From positions 1,120,001 through 1,184,000 of the forward strand of contig CAVYTU010000015.1 of NCBI GenBank assembly GCA_963771465.1: DNA of 64,000 nt, given 5' to 3'. Below, piece after piece: positions 19,074-29,834 of this stretch. The notes beneath the pieces were generated by a model. That model made no database searches. It was not told the origin of the DNA and saw only the letters and a program-made list of their open reading frames with translations. Source of the DNA: an uncultured delta proteobacterium (GTDB taxonomy: Bacteria; Desulfobacterota; Binatia; UBA9968). Position 1 is the first letter of the stretch, and each line of letters opens with the position of its first letter. The position numbers were made by a program, and so were the translations under genes.

Positions 19074-20387
19074 ATGACTCTGGACTATTTCTGGATCGAG
19101 GCAGTCTTAATTGTAATTTTGATTCTCGCCAACGGTTTTTTCGCCGCCTCGGAAATCGCCATGATCGCCATGCGCAAAAGCCGCATCGACGCCCTGCTCG
19201 AAAAAGGCGTCACCGCGGCGGCGGCCGTGGCGCGCTTAAAAAACGATCCCGACCGGTTTCTCGCCACCGTGCAGATCGGCGTAACGGTCGTGAGCTCCTT
19301 CGCCTCTGCCCTCGGCGGCGCCGCCGCCATCGGCTATCTCAAGCCGCAGATCGCCGAGATACCGATTTCGTTCGTCACCCAATGGGCGGATGCCATCGCA
19401 TTGACGATCGTGGTATTGCCGATTTCTTACCTGTCGCTGGTGTTCGGCGAGTTAGTGCCCAAGTCGCTCGCCTTGCGCTATTCCGAACAGATCGCCTGCT
19501 TCGTCGCCCGTCCGATTGAATTGCTCGCGCGCGTGAGCGCGCTCTTCGTCAAAATACTAATGGCGTCAAGCAATTTCGTCTTGAGAATCTTTGGCGGCAA
19601 GGACAACGAAAGCGCCAGCTTCATCTCGGTCGAGGAAGTAAAATCGCTGATCCGCGAGGGCACCGCCAAAGGTATTTTCAACGAGACTGAACGAGAACTC
19701 ATCCATAGCGTCTTTGAATTTACCGACACACCGGTGAAAGCGGTCATGAAACCGCGCACCGAAATCCATGCCATCGACGCCGAGTCATCCCTCGCCGAAG
19801 TCGCCAAGGATTTCGTCGACAGCGGTTTCTCGCGCATTCCGGTCTTCGAGGGCAACTTGGACAAAATTATCGGTATTCTTTACAACAAAGACGTTTTTAA
19901 AGCTCTGCAAGAGCGCAGCGACTTTCGTATTCGCGATCACTTGCATCAAGCTTTTTTCGTGCCGAGTACTTTGCCCACCAGCGAATTGCTCAAACAACTC
20001 CAACGCCGTCGCTTGGCAATGGCTTTGGTGGTCAACGAATTCGGTGAGGTCGAAGGCGTGGTTACACTGGAAGATTTGGTCGAAGAAATCGTCGGCGAGA
20101 TTCGCGATGAATACGACCGCGAAGAACGCGGCCCGGTGGATCGGCTGCCCGACGGCTCCATGGTCATCCAGGGTTCGGCGCTATTGAAAGATCTCAAAGC
20201 CGATTACGCTTTGCCGTTTGACGAATCGCCGGATTTTCACACACTAGCCGGCTTCATACTGTCGCGCCTCAAACGCATCCCGCGAGGCGGCGAATGGGTC
20301 GAGGATAACGGTTACAAACTCACCATCGTTGACATGGAAGGACGCCGTATCGTCAAGATTAAGCTAGAAAAAGTTGCCACCGCGTAA
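19074..20387 (+). CDS. HlyC/CorC family (CNNM-CBS-CorC) transporter
   Basis: NGFFAASE, FLATVQIG, GELVPK, GFSRIPV, TLEDLVEEIVGEIRDE. Confidence 0.92.
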   Translation: MTLDYFWIEAVLIVILILANGFFAASEIAMIAMRKSRIDALLEKGVTAAAAVARLKNDPDRFLATVQIGVTVVSSFASALGGAAAIGYLKPQIAEIPISFVTQWADAIALTIVVLPISYLSLVFGELVPKSLALRYSEQIACFVARPIELLARVSALFVKILMASSNFVLRIFGGKDNESASFISVEEVKSLIREGTAKGIFNETERELIHSVFEFTDTPVKAVMKPRTEIHAIDAESSLAEVAKDFVDSGFSRIPVFEGNLDKIIGILYNKDVFKALQERSDFRIRDHLHQAFFVPSTLPTSELLKQLQRRRLAMALVVNEFGEVEGVVTLEDLVEEIVGEIRDEYDREERGPVDRLPDGSMVIQGSALLKDLKADYALPFDESPDFHTLAGFILSRLKRIPRGGEWVEDNGYKLTIVDMEGRRIVKIKLEKVATA

Positions 20388-20401
20388 AGCCGAATTGCCA
20401 A

Positions 20402-20815
20402 TCAATAACAGCGTATCTCAATCTCGTTGCCGTCGGGATCGAAAAAATAAACCGAGGTCGCTCGTCCCTGGGCACCCCAGCGCGACACCGGCCCTTGGCG
20501 CACCGTGACGTGATTTTCCGCCAAGTAATCGACGATCCCGGAGAAACTGTCGGCGCCAACCACCAAGCAGAAGTGATTGAGATTTTTCACGGCCCGCTCC
20601 GAGCTGGAATCGCTGGCGCGATCTTTACTGGGAAATAAATCGATGATCGTTTGATCGGTAATGCGCACCGAGGGAAAACTGACTTTGCCCGTTCGAAATT
20701 CGTCGACCCGCTCGCCTTTCAATCCCAACACCTCGGTGTAGAATTTTAGCGAGCGATCGATGTCGCCGACGTTGAGCACGATGTGGTCCAGCTCGATGAT
20801 CTTTATTTTACCCAT
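20402..20815 (-). CDS. VOC/glyoxalase family protein
   Basis: LDHIVL, FYTEVLG, NHFCL, YFFDPDGNEIE. Confidence 0.88.
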   Translation of the reverse strand: MGKIKIIELDHIVLNVGDIDRSLKFYTEVLGLKGERVDEFRTGKVSFPSVRITDQTIIDLFPSKDRASDSSSERAVKNLNHFCLVVGADSFSGIVDYLAENHVTVRQGPVSRWGAQGRATSVYFFDPDGNEIEIRCY

Positions 20816-20858
20816 GGCAAAACTCCTTTCGTCCCCACGAAATAGCAGACTGCGAAAC

Positions 20859-21914
20859 CTAAGCGGCGAGCGCCGCCAACTCTTTCAACAACGCTTGCAC
20901 TTCCTTCGGAGTACCGACGGTAATGCGTAAGCAGTCGCGCAATTCCGCCGTGTCGAAATAACGCACCAAGATGTTTTTCTGCTTAAGTTCCTCATAAACC
21001 GGCTTTAAGTTCTGCTCTCGTTTGCGCGCCAAAACGAAATTGGCGTGCGATGGATAGACTTCATAGCCCAGCCGCTTGAGCCCCCGGGAAAGTATCGCGC
21101 GATTGCGTTGAATGCGCCCGGCGTTACGTTTCATCCATGCCATATCCTGCAAAGCCGCCATAGCCGCGACCATACTCAGACGATTTAAATTATAGGAATC
21201 TTTCACCTTCATCAGGCCGGCGATGATTTCCGCCGATGCGAAGGCCAAGCCGATACGCATGCCGGCAAGCGAAAAAGATTTGGAAAACGTCCGCATGACC
21301 ACCAGATTGGGAAGCTGGCGGATCAGCGGGATCGACGATGCCCCTTCGCTCGCGGCGAAGTCGACGTAGGCCTCGTCGACTACCAGGACGCCGCAAACCG
21401 CGTCAGCGAGCTTGACGATTTCCGCGAGCGTTACTAACGTCCCAGACGGCGCGTTGGGGTTACAGAGAAACGTCAGCGCGGCGTTTTGCTCGGCCAAAGT
21501 CTGTGGCAAAGAAAAATCCTCGGGGAAATCAACCCGCGCCGCCACGCCGTCTTGAATTTCTACCAAGGTATCGTAAAGCGAATAGGTTGGCACCGGAAAC
21601 GCCACTCGATCCCGCTGCCCCACAAAGCAGCGCAGCAACATCGACAAGATCTCATCCGAGCCGTTTCCGGCGATGATATTGTCCGGCTTGACTCCGTATA
21701 CGCTGCCGGCGAGCGTCCGCAAGCTATCGCTCAAAGGCTCGGGATAGAGCCGTAACGAGGGATTGATGGCTTTTCTTAAAGCCGCAAACACTTTCGGCGA
21801 GGGCGGATAGGGATTTTCATTGGTGTTGAGCTTGATGATGCCATTGTCGCGGGGCTGTTCGCCCGGCGTGTAGCCGTACATAGCATCAATGTTTGCGCGG
21901 AAGTATTTTGACAT
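20859..21914 (-). CDS. hisC: Histidinol-phosphate aminotransferase
   Basis: KLNTNENPY, GNGSDE, NPNAPSG, VDEAY, RTFSKSFSLAGMRIG. Confidence 0.93.
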   Translation of the reverse strand: MSKYFRANIDAMYGYTPGEQPRDNGIIKLNTNENPYPPSPKVFAALRKAINPSLRLYPEPLSDSLRTLAGSVYGVKPDNIIAGNGSDEILSMLLRCFVGQRDRVAFPVPTYSLYDTLVEIQDGVAARVDFPEDFSLPQTLAEQNAALTFLCNPNAPSGTLVTLAEIVKLADAVCGVLVVDEAYVDFAASEGASSIPLIRQLPNLVVMRTFSKSFSLAGMRIGLAFASAEIIAGLMKVKDSYNLNRLSMVAAMAALQDMAWMKRNAGRIQRNRAILSRGLKRLGYEVYPSHANFVLARKREQNLKPVYEELKQKNILVRYFDTAELRDCLRITVGTPKEVQALLKELAALAA

Positions 21915-22148
21915 GGGGCCCGGATTTTAACGACAGGCAGTTCCGTTTTCAATCAATAACGAGCTAACAACGGTACAGCCAAGCTGGCAATTAAGGAATA
22001 GTAAAGAATTTTAACCAGTATCGAGACATTTTTGTCCATGCTTTCCGGATATTGTCCAAAAATCCTTCTTAGAGCACACATTGGCGCGTAATGACGCATT
22101 AACTTCGTTTGTAAATAGTCGATATTGCACAGGTCCCGTTTTTTCCAG

Positions 22149-22164
22149 TGGCATGTTTTTGGCT
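22149..22164 (+). promoter_or_regulatory. Sigma54-like -24/-12 promoter (TGGCATGTTTTTGGCT)
   Basis: GG-N10-GC with TGGCA; about 80 nt upstream of the coiled-coil gene in an AT-richer spacer; -12 is TGGC rather than TTGC. Confidence 0.5.
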
Positions 22165-22242
22165 AGATGCATCGCAATTGACCGAGCCGGGTACGGATCA
22201 AAGTAGCGATCCGTCCAGACCAACGCTCGGACGGGGTAAGTA

Positions 22243-25200
22243 ATGGACCAAAGCAGTTTTAGCAATAGCGATCCGTCGATTCTCTTGCTCAACGAGATTG
22301 AGATCCTGCTGGCGCAGACCCGGCTCATGGAACTCTATCTCAAACAGGCCCAAGCCACAGCGGCCAATGAAGCCGCACGGGTCACTAAACAGCACCACGC
22401 CGAACTAACTACTTTGCGTGCCGCCCTGGCGGAAAAAGAAAATGTTGCACCGATTGTCGCGCCCGATCCCGAGCTCATTCAGCGGCTAGAAACCGTTGAA
22501 TCCGAGCTCGGCGCAAATCAACTGCTGCTCAGCCAGCGCAATCACGAGCTTGCCAGCGCGCAAGCGGATGCGGCAAGACTGCATGGCGAAATCGCCGAAC
22601 TGGAGATCGCGCGCCAGCTAGCTCAAACCGCCGCGCTCGAATCCACTAGAGCGGGGGAGAGTTTACAAACCGAACTGGCAACCCTACGCCAGGAGCTTGA
22701 AACCAAGCGGCATGAGTTCGCCGAACAGCAGCGCGATGCGCGGCAAATTGAGCACGGTCTGCGCCAGCACGTGACGCAACTACAGGGGGAGCTAAACGAC
22801 AAACAGAGCTGGTCGCAGAATGCGACTAACGAACTGGCGCAGAGCCGCAACGATATCGCCGCCTTGCGCGCGCGCGTCGCGGAGCTGGAGTCGCGCCGTC
22901 AGGAAGCGCAAAGCAGCGCGGCCCAAGAGCTCGAGCAGACGCGCGCGCGCTTCGAAGCGGAACTGGGCGAGTTGCGCACGGCACTGGGCGCCCGCTCGGA
23001 GGCCGAACAACACAGCCAAGCGGCACTCGTCCAGATCGAAGGAAATCTTAAGAGCGAGATTCTCACTCTCAAGAACCAACTTGAGCAAAAACAGCAGCAG
23101 CTCGTAAGCCGAGACGCCGATTGGCGCCAGACGCAAAGCGATCTCGCTGCGCTCAATCGGCACGTCGCCGAGCTCGACGAGGCCAATCGCCAAGCTGCGG
23201 TGGACGCAGCAGCGTTCGAAAAAGCCAAGCAATCCTACGAAACTGAGCTCGCCGAGCTGCATCACGAGATCGCGGTCAAAGAACGCGAACTGACGCAGCG
23301 CTATGAGGCCGTCACGGCGGTCGAGCTGGCCTTACATGGCAAAATTCAAGCCCTGCAGCACGATTTAGCGCGGAGCCACCATGAGCGCGCTAGCCAAGAA
23401 AGCGAACTCGACCAGGCCCGCGATGAAATCGCCAAGTTAGCCGCCCATGTTCGCGAGCTCGAAAGTGCCCGCGAGCAAGCCGAGTCGGTCGGCATGCGCG
23501 TCACCGAGGAAACCCGTCAGCGCCTCGAAGCCGAGCTGAACCGCCTGCACGCTTCCCTGGCGCAAAAGGAATATGCGCTCAAAGAACGGGAAAATGGCTA
23601 CAAAGCTCTCCAAGACCGGCTCACCGAGGAATCGCAGCAGTTAAGAAACCAGCTGGAAGAACAGCAAAAAAGTTTTGCCGCCGCCCATGCCGAACTGACT
23701 CTCGCGCAAGCTAAAATCGCCGCGCTCCAAGACGAGAGCAGCGCGCGCGACCGGGAACGCCAACAGGCCGAGGAAAACTGGCAGCGCTCCGGGATAATTC
23801 AGAAGGAACTGCAAGAACGCTTGCAAGCGCGCGGCGAAGAGCTGCAAGGCGCAAAGACCGCCGCGGACCAGCTGAAAGAACAGCTCCATAGCCAGCTCAA
23901 TGAGCTGCAATTGGAGCTAGCCCACAAACAGCTGTTGGCCGACAGCCGCGGCGCTGAAGTAAGCAATCTCCAGGATAATCTAGCTCAACTGGCGGAACAG
24001 CTAGCCCAAGTGGAATCGGGCCAGCACCAATCGGCGTCACGGCTGCGCGACGCGGAAGAGAGCCGGGCCGCACACCAGAACGAACTTACGGCGCTCAACG
24101 AAACTTACCGTCAGCAATTCCAGGCTTTGGAAAACCAACTCCAACGAGAGCAGGCGAATGCCGACGAGCTGCGCCATCTCGTTCAAGCGTTAGAGCGCCT
24201 AGCGAACCAGCGTGAAACCGAGGTCAATGAGAAAAGTCAGAGCCTCGACAGCGCAAAGATAGAAACGAGCAGCCTGCAGTCCCGCCTGGTTGCATTGGAA
24301 AGCCAACTCGCCCAAGAACGGGCGAGCACAAATCATTTGCATCTGCAGATTCAAGAGGTGGAGCGCTTGGCGAGCGAGCGCGAAACCGCACTGGACGAAA
24401 AAAGTTCCAGCCTTGACAGCATGCGCGCGCAGGCGAGCGCCGACCAGACTCGCCTGCATGAGCTCGAAAGCCAACTGAAAAAGCACCAGGCCGATGCCGG
24501 AGAAATCGAGCAAGCCCATAGCGCATTGGCGAGCGAGATCGATTCCCTGCGCCAGGAACTCCAAAGAAAAACCTGGGCCCTCGCCCAGCAGCAAGCGTCC
24601 GTCGAAAACCTCGCCCTCGCCCACAGAGAACAGATTCACAAGCTTGAAGGCCAACTCCATGAACAGCGCAGCAGCGCCACGGCGCACACGGGCGAGCTTG
24701 AAAATGCCCACGCGCAAGCCGAGACTTTGCGCCGGCGCATCGAAGAACTAGAAACCGCGCTGCGCCATGCCGAGATCGCGGCGCTGAGTCGCGCTGAGGA
24801 GTTGCTGCAGGAACATGCCGCACGGGATCAAGAGTTGACAACGGCGCTGCAGCAAAAAAGCTCCGAGGTCGAAGAACGCGGCGCGGCACAGACGCGACTG
24901 GAACAATCGTTACACGCGGAAATCGAGCGTCTGGTGCGCGAAGTCCAAGAGCGAAATCAGATATTGCAAAACCGCAACGACGAGCTGGTCCGGGTCAAAG
25001 CCGAGATGGATACCCTCCATGAACGGTTCACTCAACTGGAATTGTCAGCGGCGCAGTCCGACGCCGCTGCGCAGAACGAGTCCGAGCACATGCGCACGGA
25101 ATTTCAAGCCCAGCTCGCCTTACTGCAAGCCGAGCTCAGTCAAAAAGAGTGGGCCTTGGAAGAACGCCATGCGGTGGCAAGCGGCACGGAACAGGCGCTG

Positions 25201-25437
25201 CGCCAAGAAATCGACACGCTGCGCACCCAACTCGCGTCCCAGGCGAAAGTCAGCGAACGGGATGCCGACGCGTTTGTCATCGGCGACAGGGAGCTTAACC
25301 CGACACAACGGGAACACGCGGCAAATCTACATGAGATAAGCGATGGCGTCGACACCGGCGCATCGAGCTCCATGTCCGATGCACAGCAACGCCGCTGGCG
25401 CACCGGTTTCGCTTGGAAGCGGCGGTGGAAGGCGTAG
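22243..25437 (+). CDS. 1064-aa repetitive coiled-coil protein
   Basis: E/Q/A/L-rich heptads throughout, ~95-aa internal periodicity, no Walker motifs, basic Trp-rich C-terminus. Confidence 0.85.
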   Translation: MDQSSFSNSDPSILLLNEIEILLAQTRLMELYLKQAQATAANEAARVTKQHHAELTTLRAALAEKENVAPIVAPDPELIQRLETVESELGANQLLLSQRNHELASAQADAARLHGEIAELEIARQLAQTAALESTRAGESLQTELATLRQELETKRHEFAEQQRDARQIEHGLRQHVTQLQGELNDKQSWSQNATNELAQSRNDIAALRARVAELESRRQEAQSSAAQELEQTRARFEAELGELRTALGARSEAEQHSQAALVQIEGNLKSEILTLKNQLEQKQQQLVSRDADWRQTQSDLAALNRHVAELDEANRQAAVDAAAFEKAKQSYETELAELHHEIAVKERELTQRYEAVTAVELALHGKIQALQHDLARSHHERASQESELDQARDEIAKLAAHVRELESAREQAESVGMRVTEETRQRLEAELNRLHASLAQKEYALKERENGYKALQDRLTEESQQLRNQLEEQQKSFAAAHAELTLAQAKIAALQDESSARDRERQQAEENWQRSGIIQKELQERLQARGEELQGAKTAADQLKEQLHSQLNELQLELAHKQLLADSRGAEVSNLQDNLAQLAEQLAQVESGQHQSASRLRDAEESRAAHQNELTALNETYRQQFQALENQLQREQANADELRHLVQALERLANQRETEVNEKSQSLDSAKIETSSLQSRLVALESQLAQERASTNHLHLQIQEVERLASERETALDEKSSSLDSMRAQASADQTRLHELESQLKKHQADAGEIEQAHSALASEIDSLRQELQRKTWALAQQQASVENLALAHREQIHKLEGQLHEQRSSATAHTGELENAHAQAETLRRRIEELETALRHAEIAALSRAEELLQEHAARDQELTTALQQKSSEVEERGAAQTRLEQSLHAEIERLVREVQERNQILQNRNDELVRVKAEMDTLHERFTQLELSAAQSDAAAQNESEHMRTEFQAQLALLQAELSQKEWALEERHAVASGTEQALRQEIDTLRTQLASQAKVSERDADAFVIGDRELNPTQREHAANLHEISDGVDTGASSSMSDAQQRRWRTGFAWKRRWKA

Positions 25438-25533
25438 AACGTTTTTAATATCGGCAGCCACCACGATGGCAGTACCAACTGACGCTTCGGGAGTGCGGGT
25501 TGCAACAGGCAGTGTGTTTGAGAAGGGAAAGCG

Positions 25534-26256
25534 ATGACTAAGACAGAACGCGTATCCACGGGTATCAGCGGACTTGACCCGTTTCTCGAAGGCGGATTTC
25601 CCAAAGGCCGGTCGATACTTGTGACTGGAGACCCGGGCACGGGGAAAACGATCTTCGCGCTGCAATTTCTTTTCGAAGGACTGAAGCACGGCGAAAAAGG
25701 CATCTTCGTCACTGCCGACGAGAGTCCCATGGACATCATCGAGCAAGGCGCGTCGATCGGCTGGGATTTGGAACCCTACATCGAGAGCAAAGAGTTGGCG
25801 ATCTTGAACGCCGGCGCCTACTTGAGCTCGCTGCCGAGCAACGGCAAAGATCGCCAAGTCGACGTTCAAAAAGCGATGAGCGATCTCGCCGGTTTCGTCG
25901 AACAGATCGGCGCCGAGCGGATGGTGCTCGATCCCGCCGGACCCTTTGTTCTGCTGCGCGATTCCGCTGCCCGTATCCAAGATCAGACGCGGCTGCTGAT
26001 CAAGCTTTTGCGCTCATCGATGAAGACGACCAACATTCTGACCTCCTACGCCGTGCCGCGCACGGGCGAGCGTTCGCTGCACGGCATCGAAGAATATCTC
26101 GTCGCCGGCGCCATCGTGCTGGAAATGATCTGGAAACAAGGCGATCTGGCGCGCAGTCTGATCGTCGAAAAAATGCGCTACACCGACGTCAAGCCCAAGC
26201 AGTTGGAATTCGATATCGTCAAAGGTCAAGGCATTACGCTGACGCCCTTCGACTGA
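25534..26256 (+). CDS. KaiC/RAD55-like single-domain ATPase
   Basis: STGISGLD, GGFP, GDPGTGKT, GIEEYL, IVEKMR. Confidence 0.88.
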   Translation: MTKTERVSTGISGLDPFLEGGFPKGRSILVTGDPGTGKTIFALQFLFEGLKHGEKGIFVTADESPMDIIEQGASIGWDLEPYIESKELAILNAGAYLSSLPSNGKDRQVDVQKAMSDLAGFVEQIGAERMVLDPAGPFVLLRDSAARIQDQTRLLIKLLRSSMKTTNILTSYAVPRTGERSLHGIEEYLVAGAIVLEMIWKQGDLARSLIVEKMRYTDVKPKQLEFDIVKGQGITLTPFD

Positions 26257-26283
26257 TCTGGCACTACGTAAATTATTGATCGA

Positions 26284-27069
26284 ATGACAAATCAACGCAT
26301 TTCTACGGGAATTGCCGGGCTCGACTCCTTGCTTCATGGCGGCTTCGTCAGGGGGCGCACCTATATTTTTACCGGCGACACCGGCAGCGGCAAAACCATC
26401 GCCTGTTTACAAATGCTCCAAGGCGCGCTGGCCGCCGGTGAAAAGGCGGTGTACGTCACGGTCGACGAACGGCCATCGGAAATCACCGATTCGGCGGCGG
26501 CGTTCGGCTGGAACCTCCAACCCCATATCCAAGATAAGAATTTGGCGATCCTAGATGCTTCACCCTATTTCAGCGGTCGATCACCGAGTGCCGGCGAGAA
26601 GGGCATCGACCCGCAGAAGATCGTCGCCGACTTGGGCAACTATGTAAGGCGGTTGAGCGCGACCCTACTGGTCATCGACCCTGTGACGCCGTTTATTTTG
26701 CCAAACGACGCCACCAGCCCGGCGCAAGACCAAGCGCGCGCCTTGATCAATTTATTGCAAACCCAACTGACCACGACCAATTTGTTGACGGCGCACTTCT
26801 CCAGCCGCGCCGATCAAGATCAGACCTGCGGCATTGAAGAGTTTTTGGCCTCCGGAGCTTTTTATCTAAAAATCGACAACAGCGCCGGCCAAGTTCAGCG
26901 CACATTAGCGATCCGCAAAATGCGCGGCACACCGGTGATGCCGGGCGATCATCATTTCGAAATGACAACCGCCGCCGGCATCGTCATCGCCAATCAGGGT
27001 TCCGCAAAGGTCTCGCCCCAGGAGGGCGCCAACCCGGTGTTTGAGTATTTCGAGCTTCCCAAGAAATAG
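26284..27069 (+). CDS. KaiC/RAD55-like single-domain ATPase
   Basis: STGIAGLD, GDTGSGKT, GIEEFL, AIRKMRGT. Confidence 0.88.
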   Translation: MTNQRISTGIAGLDSLLHGGFVRGRTYIFTGDTGSGKTIACLQMLQGALAAGEKAVYVTVDERPSEITDSAAAFGWNLQPHIQDKNLAILDASPYFSGRSPSAGEKGIDPQKIVADLGNYVRRLSATLLVIDPVTPFILPNDATSPAQDQARALINLLQTQLTTTNLLTAHFSSRADQDQTCGIEEFLASGAFYLKIDNSAGQVQRTLAIRKMRGTPVMPGDHHFEMTTAAGIVIANQGSAKVSPQEGANPVFEYFELPKK

Positions 27070-27145
27070 GCGGACGGCGATGATCTGAATCGCCGCACGA
27101 CCCACTCGCTATTGAGCCGATTTCCCGCCCTGCGCCAGCGCTTTC

Positions 27146-27174
27146 TTGACACCTCCCATTACGATGCTTAACTT
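27146..27174 (+). promoter_or_regulatory. Sigma70-like promoter for clpB
   Basis: TTGACA-N17-TAACTT. Confidence 0.5.
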
Positions 27175-27198
27175 CCCTGCACAGGCGGGGGAAATGCG

Positions 27199-29826
27199 AT
27201 GCGTTTAGATAAACTTACGACCAAATCACAGGAAGCGCTGCAGCAAGCGCAAACTCTTGCCGACAAGCGCAGTCACCAAGCGGTCGACGTCGAACATCTA
27301 TTGTTCGCGCTGCTAGGACAGAAGGAAGGCGTCGTTCTCGCGCTGCTGCAAAAACTCGGCGTGCCGCTCAACCCATTGACGGATAAGCTGCAAAAAGCCC
27401 TCGACCGTCTGCCGCAAGTCACCGGCGCAACCGGCCAAAGCTACATTACGCCACGGCTGAAAAAAGTCATCGAGAGCGCGGAAGCCGAAGCCGAGGCATT
27501 GAAAGACGAATATGTGTCCACCGAGCATTTGCTTCTCGCCATGGCGCAAGAGAGCGGCGACGCCGGTAAGATGCTCAAAGAGCTCGGCGCCGGCAAAGAC
27601 AAGATTTTGAATGCCCTCGTCAGCATTCGCGGCTCCCAGCGCATTACCGATCCCAATCCGGAAGAAAAGTATCAAGCGCTCGAAAAATACGGCCGCGATC
27701 TCACCGATCTGGCGCGTAAAGGGAAACTCGATCCGGTGATCGGCCGCGACGACGAAATCCGCCGCGTCATCCAAGTGCTGTCGCGCCGGACCAAGAATAA
27801 CCCCGTGCTGATCGGCGAGCCGGGCGTCGGCAAAACCGCCATCGTCGAAGGCTTGGCGCTACGCATCGTCAACGGCGACGTACCTGAAGGATTGAAAGAT
27901 AAAAAACTCATTGCGCTGGATCTCGGCGCTCTGGTCGCCGGGGCAAAATTCCGCGGCGAATTCGAAGACCGGCTCAAAGCCGTGCTCAAGGAAGTCACCG
28001 AAGCGAGCGGCGAGATCGTTCTGTTCATCGACGAGCTGCACACCTTGGTCGGCGCCGGCGCCGCTGAAGGCGCCATGGACGCGTCGAACATGCTCAAGCC
28101 GGCGCTCGCCCGTGGCGAGCTGCGCTGTGTCGGCGCGACCACGCTCGATGAATACCGTAAAAAAGTCGAGAAAGACCCGGCGCTGGAGCGGCGCTTTCAG
28201 CAAGTCTACGTCGGCGAACCTTCGGTCGAAGACACCATCGCGATTCTCCGCGGCTTGAAAGAACGCTACGAAGTGCATCATGGCGTGCGCATCACCGACG
28301 GCGCGATCATCGGCGCCGCGACATTGTCGCAGCGCTATATCAGCGACCGTTTCTTGCCCGACAAAGCAATCGATCTGATCGACGAAGCGGCGTCGCGGCT
28401 GAGAATCGAAATCGATAGCATGCCGCTGGAAATCGACGAGGTCGAACGCAAAATCATGCAGATGGAAATCGAGCGCCAAGCGCTCAAGCGTGAAGAGGAC
28501 AAAGCGTCCCAACAGCGTCTCGCCCAGCTCGAGCGGGAAATTCAAAATCTGAAGGAAACCTCAAGGGGCCTCAAGGCGCACTGGCAAAATGAAAAGGCGT
28601 CGATCCAACAGCTGCGCGAGCTCAAAGAAAAGATCGAGGCGACCAAAGTCGAAGAGCAAAAGGCGCAGCGGGACGGCAATCTGAACCGCGCCGCCGAATT
28701 GCGCTACGGTACGCTCAACCAGCTGCAAAAAGAGCTTGAGGACGCTAATCAAAAACTCATTGAGCTGCAGAAAAATCAAAAGATGCTCAAAGAAGAAGTT
28801 GACGCCGAAGACGTCGCCGAAGTGGTCGCCAAGTGGACGGGCATCCCGGTTGCGAAAATGCTCGAAGGCGAAGTGCAGAAACTTCTGACCATGGAAGACC
28901 GACTCAAACTTCGCGTCATCGGCCAGGACAGCGCGATCCACGCCGTGTCCAATGCCGTGCGCCGCGCGCGGGCGGGATTGCAGGATAGCAATCGGCCGAT
29001 TGGCTCATTCATTTTTCTCGGGCCAACCGGCGTCGGTAAAACTGAACTTTGCCGCGCGCTAGCGGAGTTCTTGTTCGACGACGAGCAGGCGATCGTCCGC
29101 CTGGATATGTCGGAGTACATGGAGAAACACTCCGTGTCGCGCTTGCTCGGCGCGCCTCCCGGCTACGTCGGCTACGATGAAGGCGGGCAATTGACCGAAG
29201 CGGTGCGCCGCCGGCCCTACTCCGTCGTCTTGTTCGACGAGATTGAAAAGGCTCATCCGGATGTCTTCAATGCGCTTTTGCAGGTGCTCGAAGACGGGCG
29301 GATGACCGACGGCCAAGGCCGCACCGTCGATTTCAAGAACACCGTCATCATCATGACTTCCAATCTCGGCAGTCAATTTATCCAAGAGCTCGGCGCAAAA
29401 GACCGCAAGGAAATGGAGCAGCGCGTCACTGCCGCTTTGCGCGAAGCCTTCAAGCCGGAGTTTTTGAATCGCGTCGATGAAACGATTATCTTCAGCAACC
29501 TCGGCCGTGATGAGATCAAGTCGATCGTCGAAATCCAGCTGAAACGTTTGCGCCGGAATCTCGCTAATCGCAAGTTGTTATTGGAAATCACCGAGCAAGC
29601 CAAGGCGCTGCTCGCCGACAAGGGCTACGATCCGGCGTACGGCGCCCGCCCGCTCAAGCGAACCATCCAACGACTGATTCAGGATCCGCTGGCGGTTAAG
29701 ATTCTCGCCGGAGAATTCAAAGAGGGCGACCGGGTAAAAATCGATGTTGACAATGACGAGCTAAACTTCAGCCGTGGCCAAGCGGCGGCGCCGGATGAAA
29801 CTTACGAGCAAAGGACGATCCATTGA
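27199..29826 (+). CDS. clpB: ATP-dependent chaperone ClpB
   Basis: GEPGVGKT and GPTGVGKT, long coiled-coil M domain, GAPPGYVG. Confidence 0.97.
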   Translation: MRLDKLTTKSQEALQQAQTLADKRSHQAVDVEHLLFALLGQKEGVVLALLQKLGVPLNPLTDKLQKALDRLPQVTGATGQSYITPRLKKVIESAEAEAEALKDEYVSTEHLLLAMAQESGDAGKMLKELGAGKDKILNALVSIRGSQRITDPNPEEKYQALEKYGRDLTDLARKGKLDPVIGRDDEIRRVIQVLSRRTKNNPVLIGEPGVGKTAIVEGLALRIVNGDVPEGLKDKKLIALDLGALVAGAKFRGEFEDRLKAVLKEVTEASGEIVLFIDELHTLVGAGAAEGAMDASNMLKPALARGELRCVGATTLDEYRKKVEKDPALERRFQQVYVGEPSVEDTIAILRGLKERYEVHHGVRITDGAIIGAATLSQRYISDRFLPDKAIDLIDEAASRLRIEIDSMPLEIDEVERKIMQMEIERQALKREEDKASQQRLAQLEREIQNLKETSRGLKAHWQNEKASIQQLRELKEKIEATKVEEQKAQRDGNLNRAAELRYGTLNQLQKELEDANQKLIELQKNQKMLKEEVDAEDVAEVVAKWTGIPVAKMLEGEVQKLLTMEDRLKLRVIGQDSAIHAVSNAVRRARAGLQDSNRPIGSFIFLGPTGVGKTELCRALAEFLFDDEQAIVRLDMSEYMEKHSVSRLLGAPPGYVGYDEGGQLTEAVRRRPYSVVLFDEIEKAHPDVFNALLQVLEDGRMTDGQGRTVDFKNTVIIMTSNLGSQFIQELGAKDRKEMEQRVTAALREAFKPEFLNRVDETIIFSNLGRDEIKSIVEIQLKRLRRNLANRKLLLEITEQAKALLADKGYDPAYGARPLKRTIQRLIQDPLAVKILAGEFKEGDRVKIDVDNDELNFSRGQAAAPDETYEQRTIH

Positions 29827-29834
29827 GCCCGGCG

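Noticed and set aside
22243-25437. SMC/SbcC or phage tape-measure protein
   Set aside because: No Walker A/B, signature motif or hinge; no phage genes in the window
25534-27069. Circadian clock kaiC
   Set aside because: Two single-domain proteins, no CII-type S/T phosphosite motif recognised, no kaiA or kaiB nearby
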